Assembly (NCBI GenBank): GCA_951406725.2
Contig: OX597833.1
Span: 48,422,001-48,486,000 of the forward strand
Direction of reading: 5' to 3'
Origin: Octopus vulgaris
Taxonomy: Eukaryota
DNA length: 64,000 nt
In this document: piece after piece, positions 14,591 through 28,044 of the stretch
Numbering within the stretch: position 1 is the first letter of the stretch
Layout: the number at the start of each line of letters is the position of its first letter
The notes under the pieces: generated by a model
The model's database searches: none
What the model was told of the DNA's origin: nothing
Seen by the model: only the letters and a program-made list of their open reading frames with translations
Made by a program: the position numbers and the translations under genes

Positions 14591-15387
14591 AAGGTGGCGA
14601 GCCGGCAGAAACGTTAGTGCACTGGGCAAAATGCTTAGCGGTATTTCATCTGCCGTTACGTTCTGAGTTCAAATTCCGCCGAGGTCGACTTTACCTTTCA
14701 TCCTTTCGGGCTCAATAAATAAAGTACCAGTTTCGCACTGGGGTCGATGTAATCGACTTAATACCTATGTCTGTCCTTGTTTGTCCCTTTGTCCTCTCTA
14801 TGTTTAGCCCCTTGTGGGTAATAAAGAAATAGGTATTTTGTCTGTCGTTACGTTCTGAGTTCAAATTCCGCCAAGGTCGACTTTACCTTTTACCCTTTTG
14901 GGGTCGATAAATAAAGAACCACTTTCGCACTGGGGTCGATGTAATCGACTTAATCCCTATGTCTGTCCTTGTTTGTCCCCTCTGTGTTTAGACCCATGTG
15001 GGTAGTAAAGAAATAGGTATTTCTGTCTGTCGTTACGTTCCATGTTCAAATTCCGCCGAGGTTGACTTTACCTTTTATCCTTTCGGGGTTGAATAATAAA
15101 GTACCAGTTTCGCACTGGGGTCGATGTAATCGACTTAATCCCTCTGTCTGTCCTTGTTTGTTCCCTCTGTGTTTAGCCCCTTGTGGGTAGTAAAGAAATA
15201 GGTATTTCTGTCTGTCGTTACGTTCCATGTTCAAATTCCGCCGAGGTTGACTTTACCTTTTATCCTTTCGGGGTCGAATAATAAAGTACCAGTTTCGCAC
15301 TGGGGTCGATGTAATCGACTTAATCCCTCTGTCTGTCCTTGTTTTTCCCCTCTGTGTTTAGCCCCTTGTGGGTAGTAAAGAAATAGG
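14591..15387 (+). mobile_element. Four-unit tandem array of SINE B
   Basis: One head plus three head-less units of about 185 bp joined at GGTATTT; single TSD TATTTCATACATT. Confidence 0.85.
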
Positions 15388-15685
15388 TATTTCATACATT
15401 CATACATACACAGTAATTGTTAGACACGGCATGGCAGTGCTGTTAAGTTCACTTTGCTATCACAAGGTCTTGGATTCAATTCCACTATGTGAGTTGTTCA
15501 GTAATTGTCTTTTACCATAACTTCAGGTCTTCCTAAGTTTTATGACTGAAATGAAAGTGGGTGGATGGGAAGTGTAAGGAAGGAAGCCCATTAGTTTGAT
15601 TGTAACTGTAATTCAAAGATTAAGGGTGCGTGTGTCTGTTGAATTCTCAGCTGCATATAAGTTAATTGACTGGAATGAGCAAGTA

Positions 15686-16100
15686 GGTGCAGGAGTAGTT
15701 ATGTGGTAAGTAGCTTGCTTACCAACCACATGGTTCCGGGTTCAGTCCCACTGCGTGGCACCTTGGGCAAGTGTCTTTTACTATAGCCTCGGGCGGACCA
15801 AAGCCTTGTGAGTGGATTTGGTAGACGGAAACTGAAAGAAGCCCGTCGTATATACATATATATATTTATATATATATATGTATGTGTGTGCATATGTTTG
15901 TGTGTCTGTGTTTGTCTCCCCCAACATAGCTAGACAACTGATGGTGGTGTGTTTGCATCCACGTAACCTAGTGGTTCGGCAAAAGAGACCGATAGAATAA
16001 GTACTAGGCTTACAAAGAATAAGTCCTGGGGTCGATTTGCTCAACTAAAGGTGGTACTCCAGCATGGCCGCAGTCAAATGACTGAAACAAGTAAAAGAGT
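15686..16100 (+). mobile_element. SINE family A
   Basis: Full copy. Confidence 0.85.
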
Positions 16101-17027
16101 ATGCTGAAACAGACATAGATCCATATTATTATTATCAAGCATATGCCTGTAGATTGGAAACCAACAGTTGGGTGTGGACTCATGCATTTGGTGGTCAGGG
16201 TAATCCAGGACATGTGAGGTTCCCTTGATGGCCCAAGTTGGAGGTTCTTCTGTATCAGGAGGACTGTATCATTCATGTGATCCCATGTCACCATCTTGTC
16301 TTTTTCTTTCCATTTATCTTTTATGTACCCCTACCACAAATCGTGATGTCCCCTCATCTGAGCCCCAGTGGAAAATAAACGAAACCCTCATTTTTATCAT
16401 CATCATCATCATAATTATCATTATTATTGTTTTTTTTTTATTGTTGGGTGAGAGCGTAGCATCATACAGTCAATTGTTTACTCTGGGCGAGAGGCCCTTT
16501 GTCACCAGCAGAGGTAGGAACTCTCTGAACTTTGCCCAAGCTATTCTTATTTTAGCAGCTACACTTTCAGAGCATCCACCCACACTACTGCATCTTTGGT
16601 AAATTTTGAAACTTTGATATCTGCAACTCTCTGTGAAAGTTTTGTTCTACTTTTCTTTTCTTTCCATTCTCCCCGAGTATTCGAAAATGTAAACATTGCT
16701 TTTTATTGCAAAAACACTACTGTTGTCTCTAATTGGACATACAAATGAACATCTCTAGAAAACGTAAAAACTTTAATATCTACAATTTTGTGTGAAAATT
16801 TTATCTTTCTTTTCTCCCTGACTACCTGAATATATAAACATACCTTTTATTGCAACAACACAAATAAATGCATGGTAAGAAAACAAATATTAAGGAAGTA
16901 AGCACCTACCAGTATATACAAACTGCGCAATTACAAAAACTGTAAACCACAGCAAAACTTATAATAAGAAAAGAAAGAAAAAAACAAAAAAGTTCAGAAA
17001 TTCAAAAATTCAATGATGTGAACATCA

Positions 17028-17068
<41 letters not shown>

Positions 17069-17857
17069 TATGTATGCATGTATGTATATATATATTTTTT
17101 TTTTTTTTTCTATCAGTAATTAAAAATAGAACAAGGTGAATTGCTTCTTTTCAAGGCCAAGGTCAGCACTCTCATGATTTCTAGTTGTAGTAAACACATT
17201 TGGTCTCTGCTGACCCAAAGGATGTTAGGCCTCTTTTGTCTCCTTATGGCACAGAAATGCCCATTGCTGACCTCCTCACCATATGAGAAATCTATTTACA
17301 GACCTGTAGAATTTGGTCTATTCAACAAGCTGCTACTCTTCCTCCTACTATTCCCTTCAGCCCTCACATATTTATGATCATCTCAAGTACAAGACAAAAG
17401 TTGAAACTAAACTACATTTAATAATAAATAGAAATAACAACAACAACAACAATAATGTTGTTGCATTTTGTCCAGTGTGTTTATGATTCTGACAGCTTGC
17501 TGCCTTAATGAGACACTAATTGAAGGATCACTCTTACCTACCTGCAACTCCTCCTCTTAAAAAAAAAACGGTTAAAATAAATACTATTAACTTTAGTGTT
17601 AGTGGTGAGTTAAAACAAGTGGCAAGCCTTGCTGAATCAAAGGTACAAAATGGTTCCAATTTTCTGTTAAGGCAAGTTCATTTCATTTATGGCATTATTG
17701 CTCTGAGAAAAATTAGGAATTCCACATGGTGTCGTTTCTTTCCCTCAATCGTAAAATACATTGCCCGCAACTTGTGTCATAGGAATCTAATTTTTGTGTA
17801 AAAATATATCAGGTCATATTTTGTTACTTTATAACTGTAAAAGACTTTTAATTTCAG

Positions 17858-17945
17858 ATTGAAATCATCCACAGATTCTTAGAAGCAAATGGCTCAAGGC
17901 AACTCATATTCTATTACCAGGAACCAACTGTAGAGAAAACCACAG
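17858..17945 (+). CDS. DNAH5: DNAH5-like exon B, phase 0/1
   Basis: tttcag|ATT...ACAG|gtagta. Encodes IEIIHRFLEANGSRQLIFYYQEPTVEKTT (cf. DNAH5 RHLMFYYQ). Confidence 0.88.
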
Positions 17946-18458
17946 GTAGTAGCCTTTCTTTACTCTTTGGATAATGGCCTCATAGAAGTTGCAGAAGTGG
18001 GTGAAAGCCATTCTGTTTGTAGAGGTGGGAAATTTTTTTCTAGGTATTATAGGTTGTGTTCTTCATAGGTTAGTTGCATGCAAATTACTTGGGTACCCAT
18101 GGTTATTAGTGTTGGTTGTGAGAGGAATGTGAAGGGGCATACCCCAGAAGATGGTTTCAGACACCTGTATATCTTTTTCAGAATGGATTATAAGTTAAAG
18201 ATATTTTCAGTCAAAGATAGGTTAAAAAGGCAGGAGCTCTGACTAGTTAGCTAGCCGTAGAATTCAAGAATTAATGGTTGTTGCACCCTGTATGTGTGTG
18301 GTGTGTCACCTTGATGAGGCAATGGTCCAACAATTCATTAGCTTCTGAATCAGTGATAGTTTGGTGAAGGCTGGATTAGGAAGTAAAAGAGAGCTCAAAA
18401 ATATTTAGGGTTTTTGTGTGTTGATTAGGGATACAATTGTTCCAAAGATTTCATATAG

Positions 18459-18620
18459 GTGCAGGAGTGGCTGTGTGGTAAGTAGCTTGCTTACCAACCA
18501 CATGGTTCTGGGTTCATTCCCACTGCGTGGCACCATGGGCAAGTGTCTTCTCCTATAGCCTCAGGCCGACCAAAGCCTTGTAAGTGGATTTGGTATACGG
18601 AAACTGAAAGAAGCCCGTCG

Positions 18621-18655
<35 letters not shown>

Positions 18656-18865
18656 ATATGTTTGTGTGTCTGTGTTTGTCCCCCCACCATTGCTTGATAA
18701 CCGATGGTGGTGTGCTTATGTCCCCGTAACTTAGCTGTTCAGCAAAACAGACTGATAGAAAATAAGTACTAGGCTTACAAAGAATAAGTCCTGGGGTCAA
18801 TTTGCTCGACTAAAGGTGGTGCTCCAGCATGGCTGCAGTCAAATAACTGAAACAAGTAAAAGAGT
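18459..18865 (+). mobile_element. SINE family A
   Basis: Full copy. Confidence 0.85.
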
Positions 18866-19224
18866 ATGTTTCTTTAGTCTAATTCAAAACAAAGTTTACT
18901 TTCAAAGAACAGAATATATTTAACCGACTGCTGCAATTGCTGAATCTAGAGAGGGTGCTAATGTGTGCATGTATGTGTGCATGTGTGCATGTGTGTGTGT
19001 GTGTGCGCGTGCGTGCATGTATGTGTTTGTGTGTGTAAGTGCATGTGTAGGAAAGTAGATGGTATTAGTTTTATGAGATGGCTACGTGATGAAAACATTT
19101 ACTGGAGACAGAACTGATCTAACAAAAGATAAAGATATTTCACATCATCACATTTATCTCAGATGTCAGAAAAGAGGATGTAAAAATTTTATTCATTATC
19201 AGGTTGCGTAATAGTTATTTTTTC

Positions 19225-19625
19225 ACTCTTTTACTTGTTTCAGTCATGTGACTGCGGCCATGCTGGAGCACTGCCTTTAGTCGAGCAAATCGACTCCAGG
19301 AAAAATTCTTTGTAAGCCTAGTACTTATTCTATCGGTTTTGTTTTGCCGAATCGCTAAGTTACAGGGACGTAAACACACCAGCATCGGTTGTCAAGCGAT
19401 GTTGGGGGAACAAACATATACACACACACACACACATACATACATACATATATATACGTATATATGACAGGCTTCTTTCAGTTTCCATCTACCAAATCCA
19501 CTCACAAGGCTTTGGTCGGCCCAAGGCTATAGTACAAGACACTTGCCCATGGTGCAAGGCAGTGGGACTGAACTCGGAACCATGTGGTTGGTAAGCAAGC
19601 TAGTTACCACACAAAGCCACTCCTG
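19225..19625 (-). mobile_element. SINE family A
   Basis: Full copy, inverted relative to 18459. Confidence 0.85.
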
Positions 19626-19999
19626 AATTTGAGAGATAAAGAGGTGCAAATTTTATTCATTTTAAGAAGGTGATATTTTGAAAGGTGTATTGCTGTTAAA
19701 ACAAGAGAAAAATTAGTTAGAAAAAGTTGTCAACAAACAGCCATGGTTGACAACTTTTTTCACCTTGTAAGGGTGAAAATACATAATTTTTCTGCTGTTT
19801 TACTGGTGATATTGCATTCAAAATATCACCTTGTCTGTATTGTATGATACACTGCTAAAAAAAAACAAATATAAGTATACAGTTCTATATTTAAGAGATG
19901 AGAAATTACGTACATTATTTACTTTATTTACAGTTCACATGTATTTGTCCTCATCTTGTTTGTTGTTAACACGTTTCGGCTGTGACCTGAATAATAATA

Positions 20000-20043
<44 letters not shown>

Positions 20044-20050
20044 AATAATG

Positions 20051-20103
<53 letters not shown>

Positions 20104-20472
20104 CCTCATCATCATCGTTCAATGCCCGTTTTCCATGCTAGCATGGGTTGGACGGTTTGACCTGGGTCTGGGAAGCCAGGAGGCTGCACCAGGCTCCAGT
20201 CTGATCTGGCAGAGTTTCTACAGCTGAATGTCCTTCCTAATGCCAACCACTCTGTGAGTGTAGTGGGTGCTTTTTACGTGCCACCAGCACGTAAAATAAT
20301 AATAATAATAACAAATAATAATAATAATAATAATGATCACCATGTTGCGCACATATGGTTGTGATGCATGTACCTGGTATCCCCTTATCAGACGGGTAGT
20401 CATGATGGGTATATTGGGCTTCATATATTTTACCCCGGTGTCACTTTGATGGCATGAATTGCTCTCTCACTC

Positions 20473-20534
<62 letters not shown>

Positions 20535-20611
20535 TAATAATAATAATAACAAAAACAGCAGCATCGAAAACTACCTTAGGAATGAAAACTCAGGTTCGAA
20601 ATTTCCCCAAG

Positions 20612-20655
20612 ACACCTGATGAAGGCTGGAGGGTATATCAGCCGAAACGTTATGT
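20612..20655 (+). ncRNA. Degenerate hammerhead-like motif in a Penelope-like remnant
   Basis: ACAC-CTGATGA-a-GGCTG(gagggtatat)CAGCC-GAAA-CGTT; extra A after the core and an imperfect stem I. Confidence 0.4.
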
Positions 20656-20767
20656 TAACAACAAACAAGATGAGAACAAATATCAGTCAAATGTAAATAA
20701 TGTAAATGTAAGTCTGTTTATATACGCACATGGTTGTTACAATTGAATTTTAATTTCATCATGTCAG

Positions 20768-20925
20768 ATAATCTTCGTCTTGGAGTGCCACTGAATCGAG
20801 TGAATCGTCCAACAAAGGCCAAAATATTTGTCACTGATGGTAAAGAGTTGTCTTTGAGGGGAACAGGTTTACTATTCATAAAAGTCGACACCTGTAATGA
20901 TCTCACCGAAGCTAATATTGCTAAG
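20768..20925 (+). CDS. DNAH5: DNAH5-like exon C, phase 1/0
   Basis: tgtcag|AT...AAG|gtaaaa. Encodes ..NLRLGVPLNRVNRPTKAKIFVTDGKELSLRGTGLLFIKVDTCNDLTEANIAK (cf. KPKVFVTEG). Confidence 0.88.
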
Positions 20926-21620
20926 GTAAAATTAAAATATTGTTAATTATCGTTATATAATGTCTTTTGTCTTTATGTTTTACTTGTTTTAGTCACTGGA
21001 CTGTGGCCATGCTGGGGCACCCACTTGAAAGGTTTAGTTAGACACGCAAATCAATTCCAGTACTTATTTTTAAAGTAAAGTCTGATACTTATTCTATTAA
21101 TCACTAAGTTATGGGGATGTAAACAAACAAACAATGGTTGTCAAGTGGTGCTGCTGGTGGTGGGGGACAAACAGAAACAGAAAGATGCATGCACATACAC
21201 ACACACATACACATACATGTGATGGGTTTTCACAGTTACCATCGGCCAAATTTACTCACAAGGCATCGACCAGTTTGATTAATCTGAGGCTACAGAGTCA
21301 AACGCAGGTGTTATTCAAATGATTTGAATAACACCTGTGTTTCACTCCGTTTCTTAATTTATTCATGTTATACGAAAACATTTCACTTGACCCTTGAATT
21401 TCCACCTTTATAAGTAGGCTGTAATATCCTTGGCACTTATGTGAATTTTTGCCACCCTGGTAACTATTTATTTTTGTTCCTTGTTATTTGTACACATTGA
21501 AAAAATATACATAAATAAATAAATAAATAAATATGTATATATTTTTTTTTCAATAGACATAAATATATATACATGTATATATGCATATTCATCACTGCAC
21601 TGCTAACTGATCACAACAAC

Positions 21621-21652
<32 letters not shown>

Positions 21653-21684
21653 TGTATGTATGTCTGTCTGTCTGTCTGTCTGTC

Positions 21685-21715
<31 letters not shown>

Positions 21716-21844
21716 ATGTATGTATGCATGTGTAAATGTAAGTTTGTTTGTAAGTATGTATTATGTAACTATGTATGTATGTATGTATGTATGTATGTAT
21801 GTATGTATATATATATATATATATATATATAGATAGATAGATAT

Positions 21845-21880
<36 letters not shown>

Positions 21881-21889
21881 CTGTAGGTT

Positions 21890-22400
21890 TGCAGGCGTGG
21901 TTGTGTGGTAAGAAGCTTGCTTCCAACCACATGGTTCCAGGTTCATTCCACTGCATGACACCTTGGTCAAGCGTCTTCTACTATAGCCTTGGGCTGACCA
22001 AAGCCTTGTGAGTAGATTTGGTAGGCAGAAACTAAAAGAGGCCTGTAGTATATATATATATATAATGATATTAGGGAGTATGGCTCCAAAAATTAGATTT
22101 AGGATTAAATCAAATTTCACAGTATAAATATAAATTAAATTAGAGATAAAACCACTATTAGGCAACTCAAACAGTGATAAACTGTTTGAGTTGCCTAATA
22201 GTGGTTTTATCTCTAATTTAATTTATATATATATATGTATATATCTATGTGTGTTTGTCATTGTGTCTGTGTTTGTTCCCTTATCACCACTTGGCAACTG
22301 GTGTTGTTATGTTTACCTCCCTGTAACTTAGCGGTTCGGCAAAAGAGACTGGTAGAATAAGTGCTAGGCTTCAAAAAAAAGTCCTGGTGTCAATTTGTTA
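21890..22400 (+). mobile_element. SINE family A with a fold-back insert in its internal TA repeat
   Basis: Head and tail flank the insert at 22065-22227. Confidence 0.75.
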
Positions 22401-25069
22401 GACACCTGAAGCAGGTGTATTAGTTTGACACTGAGGAAAGTGAGAAAGTCTTTTATGTTTCGAGCCTCTGCTCTTCAACAGAAATAAACAGAAAGAGAAT
22501 GAATATACTTGTGGATTTAACGATCAATCATGGCAATTTTGTAGATCTAGTCACAAGGCTTTGGTTGACCTAGTGCATAGGAGCTAAAATAGAAGACACT
22601 TACTCAAGGTGCCGCACCCTGGGACTGAACCTGAAGCTGCACAACATCTTGGTTTAAGAAAATTATGCAGCTTAAAACATCTTGAAAAACTAACCACATA
22701 TGAAACCATTTGTCAATGGTCATAAAGTAATATCATACTTAAGCAGCTAAGAAGGATATAGTTTGAATCTAAAATAATTTCTTTCTGCAATTAGAAAGAA
22801 AGCATTTAGTCAAAATCATTGAATCAATTCAAAATTTTATTGCACAGTTGCAATTATGTACTATAAATAATGCGCATAATTAATTAGATGGAGGATAATT
22901 TTAACGACAATGACTGTAACAATCATCGCTTTGTCACACAGGATATTGAATAATCCCTAAAAATAGTCTCTGCTTAATGATTCGCCAAGGCATTGTGTTG
23001 TTCATTATATCCTAATTGCTCTTAAATTTTCTGCAATGGTTCTTTAAACTATCTCATCACGACCATCATCATCATCGTTATTATTTTACGTCCGCTTTCC
23101 ATGCTGACATGGGTTTACGTTCCGAGTTCAAATTCCGCCGAGGTCGACTTTGCCTTTCATCCTTTCGAGGTCGATAAATTAAGTACCATTTACACACTGG
23201 GGTCAATATAATCGACTTAATCTGTGTGTCTGTCCTTGTTTGTCCCCTCTGTGTTTAGCCCCTTGTGGGTAGTAAAGAAATAGGTTTGACTGAAAACTGG
23301 GGCCGCACCAGGTTCCAATCTGATTTGGCTAGGTTTCTACGGCTGGATACCCTTCCTAATGCCAACCACTATTGCAATAAACTATTTTAGCTCTGTTGGA
23401 TTCGTTTAAGCTCTTAATTGTAACATGCAAATGATATCCTCCTTTGCACCAATCATGTTTTTGGTGCCCTTGCACAACTTTATCATGGTGGTCACGAGGA
23501 ACCTTCCAGAAAATTGGGCTTTATCTATACCAGTGTTTCCCAGCCTATTTTCCCTTAGGCCCCAACAATAAGTTTCCAGAAAAATGTATGCCCCATTGGT
23601 GGTTGGAAAAAAAAGTATAGGTGCAGTATGTTTGGTGAAGGCTTGTGGTTTAGTAGTTAGGGGTATTCAGCTCCTGATCATAAGATCATGAGTTCAATTC
23701 CCAGCTATGCGTTGTGTCTTTGAGCAAGATACTTTATTTCATGTTGCTCCAGTCTACTCAGCTGGCAAAAATGAGTTGTATCTGTATTTCAAAGGGCCAA
23801 CCTTGTCACATTCTGTGTTGTGATGAATCTCCCTGAGAACTACTTTAAGGATACATGTGTCTGTACAATGCTCATCCACTTGCATGTTAATTTCATGAGC
23901 AGGATGTTCCGTTGATCAGATCAATCGGAACCCTTGTCATCATAACCGACAGAATGCCAGTTATGTTTAATGTAAAAAATAGATTTTCACAATTCCATGT
24001 CCCACTATAAAAAAAAAAGAAGTTTTGGACCCCATGCCCCACCACAATTTTCCCAGGTCCCACTGGTGGGACATATGCCCACATTGGGAATTCCAGCCAA
24101 AAATGAGTGGCAGTCTAGTTTACCGTAACTCAATGCAAGATTTTAATAATTAATAAGAAAACATTATTTTTTAGAACAACTAAAAATATCATTGTTTCTA
24201 TTTTTTTTTTCATAATTGTGTTTATTGTTATGAATTTGAATTAATTAATTGACTTTTCCTGATCTTTAGTGTCCATCAATGGATGGACATCTGTCTCAGC
24301 TTCTAAGTTTAACATGATGCTTATCTAATGTACAGTGTGCTTCTGATGGTTACACTTATAATTTTGGTTCTCTTTTTACAGGAATAAATATCTAAACTTA
24401 TTAAAAACTAATGACACTCAGTACTGATTCAATGATTTGCTTTAAAACTTTTGACTGTAATTGGCATTAGGAAGGCATCTAACCATAGAAACCATCCCAA
24501 AGCAGACACTGGAGTTTGGTGCAGTCCTCTGGATCATCAGCTCTTGTCAACCCTTCCGATCCATGCAAGCATAGAAAAGCAGACATTAAACAATGATGAT
24601 GATGATGATGATGATGATAGTGGTGGTGGCACAAACTCAAGGGCTTGATTGTATCACATTGTCATGACATCATGTGATAGTTGAAGATGGGTGTCACCAT
24701 CATACAAGTGGTGGTGGTATTCAGTTCTAATATTCCATAAAAATATATCTGGCTACGGGGGAACTATTTATTTATTACCTTGCTTGGAAACAGATAAGGG
24801 TTGGCAACAGGAAGGGCATCCAGCTATAAAAAAAAAATCTGCTTCAATAACCTTTGTCTGATCCATGCAAATACAGAAAGATAGCTGTTAAAAATGATGA
24901 TGATGATGATGATGAGGAGGAGGAGGAGGAGGAGGAGGAGGAGGAGGATGAAAGGAATAAGACTAAATAGTTGATGGTACTTTACAGGCTCTCTCTTATT
25001 CAGTTCCCTTAGGTTTATTCGCATTAACAAGATTGCTTCTCATCAACTAAAGAGGCTTATCTGAATGAA

Positions 25070-25257
25070 TCATTATTGTTGTTGTTATTATCAATATTAT
25101 TATTATTATTAATTATTATTATTATTATTATAATTATTATTATTATTATTCTCATTATTATTATTATTATTACTATTATTATTATTATTATTATTATTAT
25201 TCTCATTATTATTATTATTATTCTCATTATTATTATTATTATTATTCTCATTATTAA

Positions 25258-25347
<90 letters not shown>

Positions 25348-25477
25348 CATAATCATCATCATCATCATCATTATTATTATTATTATCATCATCATTAGTA
25401 TCATCATCATCATCATTATTATTATTATTATTATTCTCATTATTATTCTCACTATTATTATTATTATTCTCATTATT

Positions 25478-25560
<83 letters not shown>

Positions 25561-25624
25561 CATTATTATCATTATTATTATCATTATTATTATCATTATT
25601 ATTATTATTATTATCATTATTATT

Positions 25625-25659
<35 letters not shown>

Positions 25660-25940
25660 TATTATTATTATTATTATTCTCATTATTAATATTATTATTA
25701 TTATTATTATTCTCATTATTAATATTATTATTATTATTATTATCATCATCATCATCATTATTATTATTATTATTATTATCATCATCATCATTATTATTAT
25801 CATCATCATCATCATCATCATCATTATTATTATCATCATCATTATTATTATCATCATCATCATCATCACCATCATCATCATTATTATTATTATTCTCATT
25901 ATTATTATTATTATTATTATCATTATTATTCTCATTATTA

Positions 25941-25994
<54 letters not shown>

Positions 25995-26005
25995 TCATTA
26001 TTATT

Positions 26006-26037
<32 letters not shown>

Positions 26038-26060
26038 GATTATTATTATTATCATCATTA
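25070..26060. repeat. (ATT/ATC)n microsatellite, about 1 kb
   Basis: Direct. Confidence 0.98.
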
Positions 26061-26085
26061 TTTATTTTGTTTTTCTTCCTGACAG

Positions 26086-26296
26086 GAAGTTAATTATATG
26101 CAGTTACATGCCAGTGGTTCCAGTGAAAGCAGCAACACCGTCTTGAATTCCTTAGAAGCGTTGTTAACCAATATTTTCATCCCAGCAGCTTGTAACCATC
26201 AAAATGGCTGGGGTGAGCTGGACACACAACAGCAAGGACAAAAATTACAGAATAACTTTTATAATTCAATGTCTTCCTTTGTTTCAGTATTGTCAG
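26086..26296 (+). CDS. DNAH5: DNAH5-like exon D, phase 0/1
   Basis: tgacag|GAA...TCAG|gtatgc. Encodes EVNYMQL...LLTNIFIPA..GWGEL...FVSVLS. Confidence 0.92.
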
Positions 26297-26544
26297 GTAT
26301 GCACCCCAGTTTTTATTCTTATGGGATATGGAAATCTTATAGGCAGTTCATAGATTATACAGCTATGGCTTAGTGGTAATAAGTTTGCTATCAAACTACA
26401 TGGTTTCAGATCCGGTTCCACTATGTGACTCCTTGAACAAATACCTTCTACTAAAGCCTGGTGGGGGGCAATCAAAGCCTTGTGAAGGGATTGGATTTAG
26501 TAGATGAAAACCGAAAGAAGCATGTTGTCTGTTTGTGTATATAT

Positions 26545-26773
26545 GTATTTCTTTATTACCCACAAGGGGTTAAACATAGAGTGGACAAACAAGGACAGAC
26601 AAAGGGATTAAGTCGATTACATCGACCCCAGTGCGTAACTGGTACTTAATTTATCGACCCCGATAGGAGGAAAGGCAAAGTCGACCTCGGTGGAATTTGA
26701 ACTCAGAACGTAACGGCAGATGAAATACGGCTACGCATTTCGCCCGGCGTGCTAACGTTTCTGCCAGCTCGCC
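26545..26773 (-). mobile_element. SINE family B
   Basis: Full copy. Confidence 0.8.
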
Positions 26774-27594
26774 ATATATACACAGGCATGCAGGAAGTAA
26801 ATAGAAACCTTTAATTTTCAAAATCTTTTATTTGATATTAATTGGTTTAAGGAAAAGTTTTCTTCTAGCTGCTCGTCCATAATACCTAAGCTATGTATAA
26901 ATAATATTTGTGTATGTATGTTTGTCTGTCCCCTTTCCTTGACACCATGTGATTGTTATAAAGGGATGTCATTCATTAGCAATATTCCGTGAAAACATGT
27001 CTGGCAATACGGATATAGTACCTTCCTTGGAATCACGTGAGCGTTGGCAATATATATATATATATATAATTATAATTGAGGGAATATAAATCCAAACTTA
27101 CAGGGAAAAAAAATTCAATTTAGAAATACTAAATCAAATTTCACACGATATAATATATATATATATAAAAAAATAGAAAAAAACCCACCTTTTATCAATT
27201 CAAAATGAACAATTAAATTACACCATCCAGAAAATTACATATATTAGAAATATTAAAATTAAAATAACAAGAAAATTTCAATAAAGTTTCAATAAAATTT
27301 CAATGATTATTTAAATCCTTCAAATTTTTCTGGGTTCATAGGATTAGGATTATGCTCAAGGTGGTTATAATCCTATAGCTGAGAGAATAATTGATGGTTT
27401 GATAACTAAGATCAACGAAATGAATTTGACCACTAAGATGTGTTAAGTAACATGTGCTTAACAGAACACACACATATGGCCTTAAGATTAAATGAAATAA
27501 TGGTTCCAATGAAAATGGGAATAATGGGACAAAAATAAAAACTATAATAAATCTTTGCAAACAGGTCTTCCTTTCATCATAAACTGGTGATTAC

Positions 27595-27639
27595 CGTACG
27601 TTGACAAGAGGCAAATACCTCGAAACTGCAGTCCGTACG
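27595..27639 (+). ncRNA. Minimal type-I hammerhead ribozyme motif, U3-A8 core variant
   Basis: CGTACG-TTGACAA-GAGG(caaata)CCTC-GAAA-CTGCAG-TC-CGTACG: all three stems pair, with a GUC cleavage triplet. Confidence 0.75.
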
Positions 27640-27880
27640 TATCGCTTAGGTTTACGAGAGAGAGATGACCTCCCTTTGCAAATACCATAAGAGCACAGAA
27701 AGTGTGCCTAAAGCCAGCTGGAGACGATGATCTCCTGGGGCTAAAAGCTACAGTAACACCCACCCTTTGTGGTTAGCCATATTGAGATGGCTAGTATACT
27801 TTACGTTAATAAAAGCTATGTTAATAAGCAAATAAATTTACATCCTTTTACAATTTTGTATGTTAAATATCATTTGACAG

Positions 27881-28044
27881 GTGCCCAAGATAGTCTTGGA
27901 GAAAAGGTGACATTGCAACATTTCAAACCAATGAGCAGTTTGCAAACATTCACAGCTTCTGGGTATGTGGCTATTGCAAATAGTGGTGAAGCATTGGAAG
28001 AAATTGAAAACATCATTAAAATTTGGATAAAGCAAGTTGAACAG
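27881..28044 (+). CDS. DNAH5: DNAH5-like exon E, phase 1/0
   Basis: tgacag|GT...CAG|gtgtgt. Encodes GAQDSLGEKVTL...IKIWIKQVEQ. Confidence 0.93.

Noticed and set aside
14591-15387. Repeat arrays resembling CRISPR (also 48320-48620)
   Set aside because: Eukaryotic intron; units are contiguous retroposon sequence without unique spacers or cas genes.
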